From an uncultured bacterium (lineage in GTDB: Bacteria; Patescibacteriota; Patescibacteriia; UBA9570; XYC2-FULL-38-9): a stretch of 64,000 nucleotides of DNA. The notes beneath the pieces are model-generated. The model did no database searches, was not told the origin of the DNA, and saw only the letters and a list, made by a program, of their open reading frames with translations. The stretch covers positions 177,066 to 241,065 of the forward strand of contig CALKUP010000002.1 in assembly GCA_937996685.1 (NCBI GenBank), read 5' to 3'. The position numbers were made by a program, and so were the translations under genes. This document shows, piece after piece, positions 28,437 through 37,155 of the stretch; the stretch's first letter is position 1; every line of letters begins with the position of its first letter.

Positions 28437-28769
28437 CTAGCTGCGGATACGCGGCAATCCGCTATCAATCAGCCACTGATCAGGATCTGCCCCCTCCGGG
28501 CAGCTTGCAAGCGCGAGTCGCGCGGTGAGCGCGTGCGGGTCATCTGCTGGGTCGGGTCTCCAATCCGGGCCCGGAAGAACGGCCAACAGGTCTTCCGGAT
28601 GCACCTCGTCGAACGTCGTGTGGTGAGGCAGCGCCTGGCGGTGGGATCCGTCCGGGAGCAGATTCCCAGGGGTTACAACCGAACCCCCGATCCTGCGTAC
28701 TTCACGTTGTCTCTCTGCCAAAGGACACCTCCTGCCGAAAATAGTACTGATTCTTGCCAAAAAAGGCAA
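28437..28769 (-). CDS. hypothetical protein in ~65% GC island (TTG start; coding status uncertain)
   Basis: 110-aa ORF, D/P/A-rich, no ATG start or SD; island sits between divergent rpmE and rpsB promoters. Confidence 0.2.
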   Translation of the reverse strand: MPFLARISTIFGRRCPLAERQREVRRIGGSVVTPGNLLPDGSHRQALPHHTTFDEVHPEDLLAVLPGPDWRPDPADDPHALTARLALASCPEGADPDQWLIDSGLPRIRS

Positions 28770-28782
28770 GGAATGGTATAGT
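28754..28782 (+). promoter_or_regulatory. near-consensus sigma70 promoter TTGCCA-N17-TATAGT for the rpsB-tsf operon
   Basis: -35 28754-59, 17-nt spacer, -10 28777-82; implies ~115-nt 5' leader before rpsB ATG 28906. Confidence 0.5.
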
Positions 28783-28905
28783 CTGTGAGCTGTTTACAGC
28801 ATATTTTAACCCGTACGACAGATACCTGGAGTGAATTCCTGCCGCCCGATGTAAATCGTCGGCCCTCACGCCCACTGTCGGAGATAATCAATAAGGAACA
28901 TATAT

Positions 28906-29631
28906 ATGAATATGCCAACTCTTTCGGAATTGCTCCGAGCTGGTGTCCATTTTGGCCATCAAAAAAGCAAACGTCATCCAGGAATGACATCAAATATTTA
29001 TGCAACACGTGAAGGCGTGAGCATTATTAATTTGGAAGAAACACAAAAACAATTAGAATCTGCCGCAAAAGCTGTTCAATCAATGGCTGCAAAGGGCAAG
29101 ACTATTTTGTTTATCGGTACAAAAAGCCAAGCGTCAGCACTTGTGAAACAATATGCTGAAAGTTGCGGAATGCCATATATGCATAACCGTTGGCTCGGTG
29201 GTTTGCTCACAAACTTTAAGAATGTGATCGAAGTACCAAAAAAACTCGTTGATTTGAAAATGAAACGAGATAACGGTGACTTGAAGAAGTACACAAAGAA
29301 AGAACAATTGGAATTTGATCGTGAAATCGAACGCCTGACACAATCAGTTGAAGGTTTGCAGAATCTAACAAAACTTCCAGATGCAGTATGTATCGTTGAT
29401 TTGAAAGAAGAAAAAACTGCGTTGACAGAAGCGTTGCAATTAAACATCCCGGTTATCGCGCTGTGTGATACAAATGTGAACCCACGTGAAATTACACATC
29501 CAATTCCAGCAAATGATGATGCTGTGAAATCAATCGACTTGGTGTTGTCTGTTCTTGCGACAGCGATCAATGAAGGCAAAAAACAAGTTGTTGCTGATGC
29601 TGCAAAAGCAGAAGTTGCTGCGAAAGCCTAA
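28906..29631 (+). CDS. rpsB: 30S ribosomal protein S2
   Basis: LLRAGVHFGHQKSKRHPGM... S2 signature; AAGGAA SD 8 nt upstream. Confidence 0.9.
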   Translation: MNMPTLSELLRAGVHFGHQKSKRHPGMTSNIYATREGVSIINLEETQKQLESAAKAVQSMAAKGKTILFIGTKSQASALVKQYAESCGMPYMHNRWLGGLLTNFKNVIEVPKKLVDLKMKRDNGDLKKYTKKEQLEFDREIERLTQSVEGLQNLTKLPDAVCIVDLKEEKTALTEALQLNIPVIALCDTNVNPREITHPIPANDDAVKSIDLVLSVLATAINEGKKQVVADAAKAEVAAKA

Positions 29632-29655
29632 ATCAATTCATTAACACAAAAGAAT

Positions 29656-30261
29656 ATGTCAATGGAAACAATTCAACAACTCCGTGCAGAAACAGGTGCT
29701 GGCATCATGGATGTCAAAGGTGCGCTTGATGAAGCGGGCGGAGATGCTACAAAAGCATTAGAAATTTTACGAAAACGTGGCGCTGCTGTTGCGCAAAAGA
29801 AAGCTGGTCGTGATGCTGGCGAAGGTGTTGTGATGAGTTATGTACACATGGGCCGCATTGGTGTTTTGGTTGAAGTGAACTGTGAAACAGACTTTGTTGC
29901 TCGCACAGATGATTTTCAAAATCTTGCAAAAGATATCGCAATGCAAGTTGCGTCAATGAACCCGCAATATTTGACTGCGGATAGTATCCCAGCTGAAGTG
30001 CTCGACAAAGAACGTGAAATCGCTCTCGCACAAATCGAAGGAGATAAGCCAGAAGAGGTGAAGACAAAAATTGTTGAAGGAAAAGTAAATAAATTTGCGT
30101 CAGAAGTGTCTTTGATGGAACAAAAATTCTTCCGTGATGATTCAATGACGATTCGTGAATTGGTTGAACAATCAATTGGAAAAGTCGGAGAAAACATTCA
30201 AGTGCGTCGATTCGTTCGCATGAGTCTTGACGACGCTGGCAAAACAACCAACGCGTGCTAA
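29656..30261 (+). CDS. tsf: elongation factor Ts (short form)
   Basis: ETGAGIMDVKGALDEAGGDATKALEILRKRGAAVAQKKAGR EF-Ts N-terminal UBA-like signature; downstream of rpsB. Confidence 0.85.
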   Translation: MSMETIQQLRAETGAGIMDVKGALDEAGGDATKALEILRKRGAAVAQKKAGRDAGEGVVMSYVHMGRIGVLVEVNCETDFVARTDDFQNLAKDIAMQVASMNPQYLTADSIPAEVLDKEREIALAQIEGDKPEEVKTKIVEGKVNKFASEVSLMEQKFFRDDSMTIRELVEQSIGKVGENIQVRRFVRMSLDDAGKTTNAC

Positions 30262-30270
30262 AATAAAGAT

Positions 30271-31092
30271 ATGCAAATAATCGATTGGGTTATTCTTGGA
30301 ACAATTATCGCAGCAATGGTATTACTTGCGGTTTTGGTGCGACGTAAATGGAAACAGTTGCTGCTGTTAGATCTTGCGGCAATGCCAAAAGCGAAGCTTC
30401 GTTCAAAGAAATACCAATTGATTCAAGGTCGGCTTGAGCGTCGCGCAACATCAATTCTTGGTGTCGCGTCTGGCGCTCTTGCTCCGATTGGGAAACAGAT
30501 TGCTGAGCAAGTGAAACGGTTGTATGAAGCTGTGGTTGCTCTTGAGCGGAAATACAATCTTGATCAACTGATGCCACAAAATCAGAAAGACAAGGAAAAG
30601 ACTCGTCAAAAAATTGTACAAATGCTCGAAGAAGGGGCGAGTTTGTTTCGTGATGAAAAATATACTGATGCCGAACAATTGTTTTTGGATGTGATTCGCG
30701 TGAATGATCGCGAAGTGCAAGCCTATGAATATCTTGGTGAAATTTATATGCAACGTCGTGAGTTTGAACATGCTATTGAAACATTGGAATTTGCAAAAAC
30801 ACTGTCTCCAGAAGATGATCGCATTCCATTTGATTTAGCGTCTATTTATCAAACACGAGGGGAATTAGAGCGCGCAAAGCGTTATTTAACGGAGTCGATT
30901 GAGCTTGCGCCAACGAATCCAAAAAATATTGACGCCTTACTTCGTCTCGCGATTGATATGAAAGATTTGCCAGTAGCTCGTGATGTGTTGAAACGGATGA
31001 AAGAGGTGAATCCGGAAAATCAGAAAATTGAAGAGCTGCAAGCAACTATTAAACAAATTGAAAAAGATTTGTTAGTGAATCCTGGAAAATAA
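30271..31092 (+). CDS. TPR-repeat protein with N-terminal TM anchor
   Basis: N-terminal hydrophobic helix; 3-4 TPR-like repeats (AYEYLGEIYMQRREFEHAIETLEFA...). Confidence 0.5.
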   Translation: MQIIDWVILGTIIAAMVLLAVLVRRKWKQLLLLDLAAMPKAKLRSKKYQLIQGRLERRATSILGVASGALAPIGKQIAEQVKRLYEAVVALERKYNLDQLMPQNQKDKEKTRQKIVQMLEEGASLFRDEKYTDAEQLFLDVIRVNDREVQAYEYLGEIYMQRREFEHAIETLEFAKTLSPEDDRIPFDLASIYQTRGELERAKRYLTESIELAPTNPKNIDALLRLAIDMKDLPVARDVLKRMKEVNPENQKIEELQATIKQIEKDLLVNPGK

Positions 31093-31093
31093 A

Positions 31094-31408
31094 TTAGGCA
31101 AGGTGAAGTCGTTTCGATAGTCGTTGATAATTTGCTGTGTTTGCGGCAATTTCAGCATCATGTCGATCGACTTTTTTTGCGATCCCTTCCATTGTATCGA
31201 GCATTTGCGCTTGTTGACCTTCAACAGCGGTGAGTCGAGTGTCGATATTTTTTGTTGTGTCTTGCAGGTCTAAAATCATCAGTGTGTGTTGTTGTTGCAC
31301 CTCTTTTATTTCCTGAATTTCTTCTCTTACGATTTTTCGTGTCTCCGTTTGTACAATAGTTGTAATAGCGGATAATAGTTCGGTGTCGAGTGATTTTTTC
31401 TTTTGCAT
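31094..31408 (-). CDS. hypothetical coiled-coil protein
   Basis: 104 aa, heptad-rich, convergent with the TPR gene; no known domain. Confidence 0.3.
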   Translation of the reverse strand: MQKKKSLDTELLSAITTIVQTETRKIVREEIQEIKEVQQQHTLMILDLQDTTKNIDTRLTAVEGQQAQMLDTMEGIAKKVDRHDAEIAANTANYQRLSKRLHLA

Positions 31409-31604
31409 AAAACGGTCATAGATTGCTTATGATAGCAAGGGTGGTGACAGAAATCGTATCACATGAGCGGGGGAAAGAATAGAGGGCAAAAAAGCGCCGT
31501 CTGGGGAGAAAAATTTTGACGGCGCATAATGTGCCTTGTTTATCGAATGCTTGAAATATTCGCGGTTATTCGCTACACTATTGAAGCTGTATTTTGCAGC
31601 ATAG

Positions 31605-31680
31605 GCCGTTTTAGCTCAGTCGGTAGAGCGTCACCATGGTAAGGTGGAGGTCTCGGGTTCGATCCCCGAAAACGGCTCCA
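31605..31680 (+). tRNA. tRNA-Thr (anticodon GGU)
   Basis: Cloverleaf: acceptor GCCGTTT/AAACGGC, D-arm GCTCagtcggtaGAGC, anticodon stem TCACC/GGTGG with loop AUGGUAA, T-arm TCGGG-TTCGATC-CCCGA, encoded CCA end. Confidence 0.85.
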
Positions 31681-31718
31681 ATTTTTTGAATAATGATTAA
31701 TTATTTTTCGGTTTTTAG

Positions 31719-31747
31719 TTGACAGAATATTGAAAATATGTTATTTT
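31719..31747 (+). promoter_or_regulatory. putative promoter TTGACA-N17-TATTTT driving the GC-rich unit downstream of tRNA-Thr
   Basis: -35 31719-24, -10 31742-47. Confidence 0.35.
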
Positions 31748-31885
31748 ATCACGTCAATCTGTTTTAGATTGACCGTGCAAAAAAAGGGGTGTCTTCATGC
31801 TGATTTCTTTACTGATCCTTCTTCTGGTTCAAGTCGAGCTGGGCTTGGGGTCCCGAAGGGTCCGGAAGCGATAGTGGGGCTGTGC

Positions 31886-32266
31886 ATGAACGGCGTCGTG
31901 GTGACGGCAAATAACGGAATGATGCCGCACGTGCCGATAGTTGACACTCCTCTGAACATCGACCTCATTGTGCCGGACGCAGTGTGTCCGTACGTGCTTC
32001 CTGTTGGCTATGCTATAGCCAAGTCAGAGGAGGAGGTTCCACGGCCTAGAATGGAAGCGCAAGAAGCGCGTCTCTGGTGGCTGGGGGACATCTTCCCTGT
32101 GAGTCTTTGCATGAGTCGGAAGGAGTCCTACACGCTTACGTGGAGCGCTGGAGACATCGTTGCGTTAAGTGGCCTCCTTGTCATTTGCGGCTACGGTTTC
32201 ATAGAGATTGTACGTCGCGTGAGAAGTGTGTGGCAGGTCATTCGTCACAGGCTCTCGAAAGCCTGA
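31886..32266 (+). CDS. hypothetical GC-rich protein (~126 aa), preceded by a 25-codon hydrophobic mini-ORF (31797-31874)
   Basis: Elevated GC3 in this frame (ccg/gtg/gac codons), GGGG SD-like run before ATG 31886, strong terminator 25 nt downstream; no domain recognised. Confidence 0.3.
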   Translation: MNGVVVTANNGMMPHVPIVDTPLNIDLIVPDAVCPYVLPVGYAIAKSEEEVPRPRMEAQEARLWWLGDIFPVSLCMSRKESYTLTWSAGDIVALSGLLVICGYGFIEIVRRVRSVWQVIRHRLSKA

Positions 32267-32290
32267 CGTATTCGCCGTGCACCCCCTCGT

Positions 32291-32331
32291 CCCCGTTTAG
32301 CGTCTTCATCGATGCGACGGGGCCTTTTTTT
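32291..32331 (+). terminator. rho-independent terminator (CCCCGT...ACGGGG + T7)
   Basis: CCCCGTttagcgtcttcatcgatgcgACGGGGCCTTTTTTT. Confidence 0.65.
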
Positions 32332-32526
32332 AATATTTATATATATGGATATAATTCAGCTCGCGCCAGACGCTGTTGCGAAATAACGCGCTAGTAATTT
32401 GTGCAATCGATATATATTTATTATACTTCTTTTATGAAATTCCTTTCAGCAGCTCAATCTACAACGACTACCGCCATTCATCTCATGGTTGGGTAGTTTT
32501 GTTTTGAACTTCGTTGAAAGTAAACT

Positions 32527-32552
32527 CGCCCCAATCATGGGGCGTTTTTGTT
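32527..32552 (+). terminator. rho-independent terminator (CGCCCC aatcat GGGGCG TTTTT)
   Basis: 6-bp GC stem followed by T-run; closes a ~120-nt unit that starts after the putative promoter TTGTGC-N17-TATACT (32393-32421). Confidence 0.5.
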
Positions 32553-32596
32553 GCCGTGAAAGTGGTAATAAAAAATCACAGGATAAGGAGTAGACA

Positions 32597-33094
32597 ATGT
32601 CTACTATTCCGTTGGCTTGTCTTGATCCGCAACGGTCGGATCGTGACGGTGTGATGGTGTCGATTCAATTTCAGCCGATGGGAGTGACCCTCAACGGCTG
32701 GAATTCACGCGGTTCTTACGTGGCGTACATCTTCGAAGATAATGAGTGGAATCCGATTCTGGCGCCTGTTCCGGATGGGTCTGGGCGTTATGCTGTCATC
32801 GGCGGGATGAGCTGGTTCGACGAAGACATGATCGCACTCGCGAACGGCAAAATGACTCAGGCGATTCCGCGTTCGCGTGCGTGGACCTTCTCTCATCAGT
32901 CGCCGTCGGAGATGTGTGAGTTGATGCGAGTCTACTTCCAGCGTCGCATTCTGCAGGCCGCGTCTGTGCGTCCGGGACTGCTTCCGTCGTACGCCGACAA
33001 CCGGCTGGCGAATCTGGACTACGCCGCCTTCATGAATGAGGCAAGCCGCTACCATGAGGCGGTGTACGCTTTCTGGAAGCAGTTCGAGGCGTGA
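32597..33094 (+). CDS. hypothetical protein (165 aa), GC-rich
   Basis: Strong SD AAGGAG 7 nt upstream of ATG; ~58% GC; no recognised domain. Confidence 0.45.
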   Translation: MSTIPLACLDPQRSDRDGVMVSIQFQPMGVTLNGWNSRGSYVAYIFEDNEWNPILAPVPDGSGRYAVIGGMSWFDEDMIALANGKMTQAIPRSRAWTFSHQSPSEMCELMRVYFQRRILQAASVRPGLLPSYADNRLANLDYAAFMNEASRYHEAVYAFWKQFEA

Positions 33095-33231
33095 TCCGTG
33101 ATTGAGAGGTGAGGAGGGAACGAGTTTGCTTGTGGTGATGAAAGTTGCCTTGAGTAAGCTCGTATTTTTTTATTTGATTTTTGGATAATCAAAACAGCTG
33201 AGAAGGTGAGCGCGAAATAAATATGAAGGGA

Positions 33232-34417
33232 TTATTGCGGCTTTTGAATATATTGATTTCGCATTTTAATAAATGCCGTGAACATTAAAATAAAGAGCGT
33301 GATGGTTGCTATCTGGAATGCGAGTTGTAGACCTCCTTTGTCTGCAATTCGACTAAAGATAAGAATGAGTACAGTTTCTGTAATGCTGACTGCAAAATTT
33401 TGAAGTGATATAACAGTCGTACGCTGTTCTGATGTGATGTGTGCATTCAGTTCATCGTTCAGTGTTACTCTCAACATCCAGTAGCCAATCTATAATAATC
33501 ATACTTATCGGCAGCCATACACCCTTTCCTATGCTCACAGTTATAAATCCAATAAGTATGATACACAGCATGCCGGCAATACTTTGCATGATTGTAAAAT
33601 ACCCATCAAGCCAATGTGCTATCTCTGAGGCGAGTCCAGACAATACACGAAGTACGGTATAAAAAAGACCGAAATATATAATATTTAGACCAGATAATTG
33701 AAGTAGTGGTTGCGCGTAGTCCCCAAAGATATACCAAAAGATTGTCACTACTGTGAATAAGAGAATTATTGAAGATACATACGGGATAGATCTGATCTGT
33801 CGAAAAGCTTCTCCAAGATGTCTGGAGAATTGTAGTTGAGGAGCAATAATAGTTTCTTCGGCTGTTTTTGGTGGCTCGGTGGTGAGGTATGCGGCAACGA
33901 ATGATATAGCAAAAAAAGCAACAGAAATAATAAATGGGAGCTTTTGATTATACTCATAGACAAGCGGAGTTATTGAAAGCACCGCAGCGCTTGTGAGCAG
34001 TGTTAGGAATGAGAGACGTCCACTTACTTTTTTGTATTCTTTTTTTCTATGAAGGTCAGTAAGTGTGTCATATAGCATTGCTTCTGTTGTGCCGGATAAA
34101 AACGCACCCCCAATGCCATAAAAGATTGCTGCAACCAAAAAGGGGACAAAGCCGTTGCCTATTGTTAATAATATGCCATAAATAATAGCAAAGGTTGATG
34201 CAAGGATGAGTGATAGGCGTTTCCCATATTTATCCGCAAAGATGCCTCCGGGAATTTCTGTGAGAATTGATGCTATGGTAGCTGCGGCTGCTATACATCC
34301 CAATTGAGTAAAGGAAATACTGTACGAAAGGATATACAGTGTGATAACCGGAAAAGCAAACCGCTTAATAAAAAAGCCGTGTAAAAAAAGGAGGGTGATG
34401 TTGCGTTGTAGTTTCAT
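33232..34417 (-). pseudogene. MFS transporter interrupted by a frameshift near 33452-33477
   Basis: 339-aa N-terminal part (10 TM, MFS-like) ends at 33452; an overlapping 81-aa ORF in another frame (33232-33477) encodes the last two TM helices. Confidence 0.5.
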
Positions 34418-34421
34418 TGGT

Positions 34422-35357
34422 TTATTGCAGTCCCGCTGTTGTATTTGTAATAATATCAAGCGAATCCGCAACGCCTCCCAATAACGGCTCTTTCATGTGT
34501 AGAGCAAGAATCGTTTTTGAATCGTGATCATCTCTCGTGATATCTGCAGTGAAGTCTTTTGTCCTCGCTTGGCCGTTCTGCGGCACAACGACAATTGCCG
34601 CTTCTTTCATTGAACCGTGATCACCTGGAGAGTCGCCAAAGTAAATCATTGCAGCATCTGTGCCAATTGCATCATGCAGCGCCGCTTCCTTTCCGCCGCC
34701 TTTTGGAAATATGTCAATTGAAGATGGTGCTTTTATCACAACAAAATCACCAGCCATGCCGCGGTCTTGTAGATATGACTCGACTTGTTCAAGGGCCGTA
34801 TCCGGATTGTGTCCTTCCGGCCACACCAATCCAATGCAGTGATGCAGTTTATATGCGCGCCAACCGTTTTCTATAAAACGCGTTTCAATGTCAGGCTTAA
34901 TCTGTAATAACGCTTCAGCATCTGTTGGTGTAATAGTGGAGGGAAATGTCTCGGCGTCTCCACGGACAATACTAAAACCACTTTCTGCAATAATGACCTC
35001 TGGTTCAATAGAAGGAAATAGGGTTTTTACTAAAGCGCGGACAAATTCGACGCTGCGTCCAGTGCTGAGCCCGAAATGAAAGCCTTGTGCGAGTGCTTTT
35101 TGAATGGCTGCTTGAATGCGGAGTACTGCTTCTTTGTTTTCTTCAAAATGCGCAGCGATGTTTTCCGGGGTGTGTTTGTGTTCAATAAAAATCCCATCAA
35201 CATCAAACAGCAGCCATGCGGGCTTTCCGTCTCTATTTTCCGGAGAAAGGCTTGTTTCGTGAAATAGCGCTTGCAGTGCTGCGGGAATTTGCCCAAGTTC
35301 ATCTTCAGGGATCGAGGGTTCAATACGTTTGCCTCGAAAATAGCTGTTTTCTATCAT
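34422..35357 (-). CDS. HAD-IIB (Cof/sucrose-phosphatase-like) hydrolase
   Basis: Motif I LLFDVDGIF, motif IV GDSPGDHGSMKEA; 311 aa. Confidence 0.55.
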   Translation of the reverse strand: MIENSYFRGKRIEPSIPEDELGQIPAALQALFHETSLSPENRDGKPAWLLFDVDGIFIEHKHTPENIAAHFEENKEAVLRIQAAIQKALAQGFHFGLSTGRSVEFVRALVKTLFPSIEPEVIIAESGFSIVRGDAETFPSTITPTDAEALLQIKPDIETRFIENGWRAYKLHHCIGLVWPEGHNPDTALEQVESYLQDRGMAGDFVVIKAPSSIDIFPKGGGKEAALHDAIGTDAAMIYFGDSPGDHGSMKEAAIVVVPQNGQARTKDFTADITRDDHDSKTILALHMKEPLLGGVADSLDIITNTTAGLQ

Positions 35358-35410
35358 GGTGTCAGTGTAGCATAATATCTAAATCATGATAAAATACTAA
35401 GATAAGAAAA

Positions 35411-35443
35411 GGGTTCCAGGTTCGAATCCCGACAACGGCTCCA
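35411..35443 (+). other. tRNA 3'-end fragment (T-loop plus acceptor 3' strand plus CCA), partial duplicate of the tRNA-Thr 3' end
   Basis: GGTTCGAATCCCGACAACGGCTCCA vs tRNA-Thr 3' end GGTTCGATCCCCGAAAACGGCTCCA (22/25 identical); no 5' half present. Confidence 0.6.
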
Positions 35444-35444
35444 T

Positions 35445-35870
35445 ATGAACACACGAGAAGAGATTAAGCGTTATATTGATAGTCAGCCCGACGCAAAGCG
35501 CGACGACATGCAAGCCCTGGATCGGATGATTCGAAAGCTGCTCCCAAAATGCAAGCTCTGGTTTTTGGACGGCAAAAACAGCGAAGGGAAAATCGTTTCT
35601 AATCCGAATATTGGATATGGATTGCAGACCATGAAGTTAGCCGGTGGGAAAACGAGGGAGTTTTATCAAATTGGTTTGAGTGCAAACACTACTGGTATTT
35701 CCGTGTATATTCTTGGTATTGAAGACAAGAAATATTTGGCGAACACATACGGCAAAACAATCGGCAAGGCGAGTGTGAGCGGGTATTGCATTAAGTTTAA
35801 AACACTGAAAGATATTGACGTTGACGTGCTTGGAAAGGCGATTTTGGATGGGGTTAACGCGGTGCTATAA
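35445..35870 (+). CDS. DUF1801 (YdhG-like) domain protein
   Basis: 141 aa with YdhG-like pattern; ATG immediately after the tRNA fragment. Confidence 0.4.
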   Translation: MNTREEIKRYIDSQPDAKRDDMQALDRMIRKLLPKCKLWFLDGKNSEGKIVSNPNIGYGLQTMKLAGGKTREFYQIGLSANTTGISVYILGIEDKKYLANTYGKTIGKASVSGYCIKFKTLKDIDVDVLGKAILDGVNAVL

Positions 35871-35956
35871 GTTTTTGGACAGAGGCATGTGAGCTTTAAT
35901 AATGCTTTTTTGTTATACTCAATTATATGTTATAGCATCGTTAAATATGTAGTTAT

Positions 35957-36700
35957 ATGACCAAGCCAGATTACGCAGAATTTGATAACCCACGCCTTGC
36001 AAGAGTATATGATAGTTTTAATTCTTTGACTGATGACCGGGTATTTTGGTTGGATAAGCTCAAAGAGCTGGGAGTGCAACGCATAATAGACGTAGGATGT
36101 GGAACAGGCTTGCTAACATGCGAATTAGCACAACTTGGCTATACAGTAGTTGGTGTAGAGCCCGCGCAGGCGATGCTTAAGCTTGCTCAAGAAAAAGAAG
36201 GAGCGAAGAAGGTTATGTGGTTACTAGGCAGTACCGAGCAGCTTCAAGGTCAAAAAGCAGATATGGTTATTATGACAAGTCATGTCGCACAGTTTTTTGT
36301 TAGCACTGAAGAATGGCATAAGGCATTGGCAAATATCTATGAAGCGTTGGAAAAAAGAGGGGTGATTCTTTTTGACAGCAAAAATCCATTGAGTGCGCCA
36401 TGGAAAAATTGGAGCAAAGAGAATACACAACGAACAAAAACTACACCAGAAGGAGAAGTTGTATTTTGGATTGACGCGCCTGTTGTTAGTGGGAATCAAG
36501 TGGAATATGAATTGCATTATCTGTTCTCAAAAGATTCAGAAGAGCTTGTTTCAAAAAATGCACTAGCATATCGCCCCAAGGATCAAATAATGGAAGACTT
36601 GAAAACAGCGGGCTTTCAGGTTGAAAATGTATACGGGAATTGGAACGGGGATGAGTACAGCGAAGACAGTGAGGAAATAATTTTTTTAGCGAAGAAATAG
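35957..36700 (+). CDS. class I SAM-dependent methyltransferase
   Basis: VIDVGCGTGLLTCELAQLGYTVVGVEP SAM-binding motif. Confidence 0.6.
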   Translation: MTKPDYAEFDNPRLARVYDSFNSLTDDRVFWLDKLKELGVQRIIDVGCGTGLLTCELAQLGYTVVGVEPAQAMLKLAQEKEGAKKVMWLLGSTEQLQGQKADMVIMTSHVAQFFVSTEEWHKALANIYEALEKRGVILFDSKNPLSAPWKNWSKENTQRTKTTPEGEVVFWIDAPVVSGNQVEYELHYLFSKDSEELVSKNALAYRPKDQIMEDLKTAGFQVENVYGNWNGDEYSEDSEEIIFLAKK

Positions 36701-36777
36701 GAGAAAGTGGCTTGAGTTTATATTTAACTCATGACAATCAAAAATATTATAAAAAATAATTCTTTAAATCGTTTATT

Positions 36778-37155
36778 TTATTTAACGTACATGAAAGATT
36801 GCGGTGGGTGTTGAATTTGAAAGTCTTGCTTTAAGCACAGGGGTTTATTATACCGTTCCACAAATTTTATTTTAATTGCATGTCCCTGGGACTTGCCTAA
36901 AAAATAACTATCAAAAAAACTTTTTGTAATACCAGAGTCTTCTTTGGTTTGTCTCCAAAGTTTCGTAGGCGATTCTGATATGACATTTTCAATTTCAAAT
37001 TCACCTATAACTTTTTGTACTGGATAAGATGCATACACTATCACCCTAGTTATTTCAGGATTTTTAAATAAAATTTTTCTAAACTCATATTTTTTTGACC
37101 CCTCAAAAATCTTTTCCGCGTATTCGGGTTTAATCGACAATAATACTTTCATCAC
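36778..37155 (-). CDS. ASCH (PUA-like) domain protein
   Basis: MMKVLLSIKPEYAEKIFEGSKKYEFRK start typical of the ASCH beta-barrel; ~30% GC; 5' end overlaps the 3' end of the upstream PIN-fusion gene by 26 nt. Confidence 0.55.
   Translation of the reverse strand: MMKVLLSIKPEYAEKIFEGSKKYEFRKILFKNPEITRVIVYASYPVQKVIGEFEIENVISESPTKLWRQTKEDSGITKSFFDSYFLGKSQGHAIKIKFVERYNKPLCLKQDFQIQHPPQSFMYVK

Noticed and set aside
28400-28745. RNase P RNA, tmRNA or SRP RNA hypothesis for the GC-rich island between rpmE and rpsB
   Set aside because: No GGAAAGUCCGG / GUAAGAGCGCACC (RNase P) motifs, no tmRNA 5'/3' tRNA-like ends or tag ORF, and only a vague resemblance to the SRP helix-8 motif. It cannot be supported by eye.
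31760-32290. tmRNA / RNase P / group I or II intron next to tRNA-Thr
   Set aside because: Conserved motifs for these RNAs are absent. The GC3 bias of one frame favours a protein-coding explanation, so it is reported only as an unresolved candidate.
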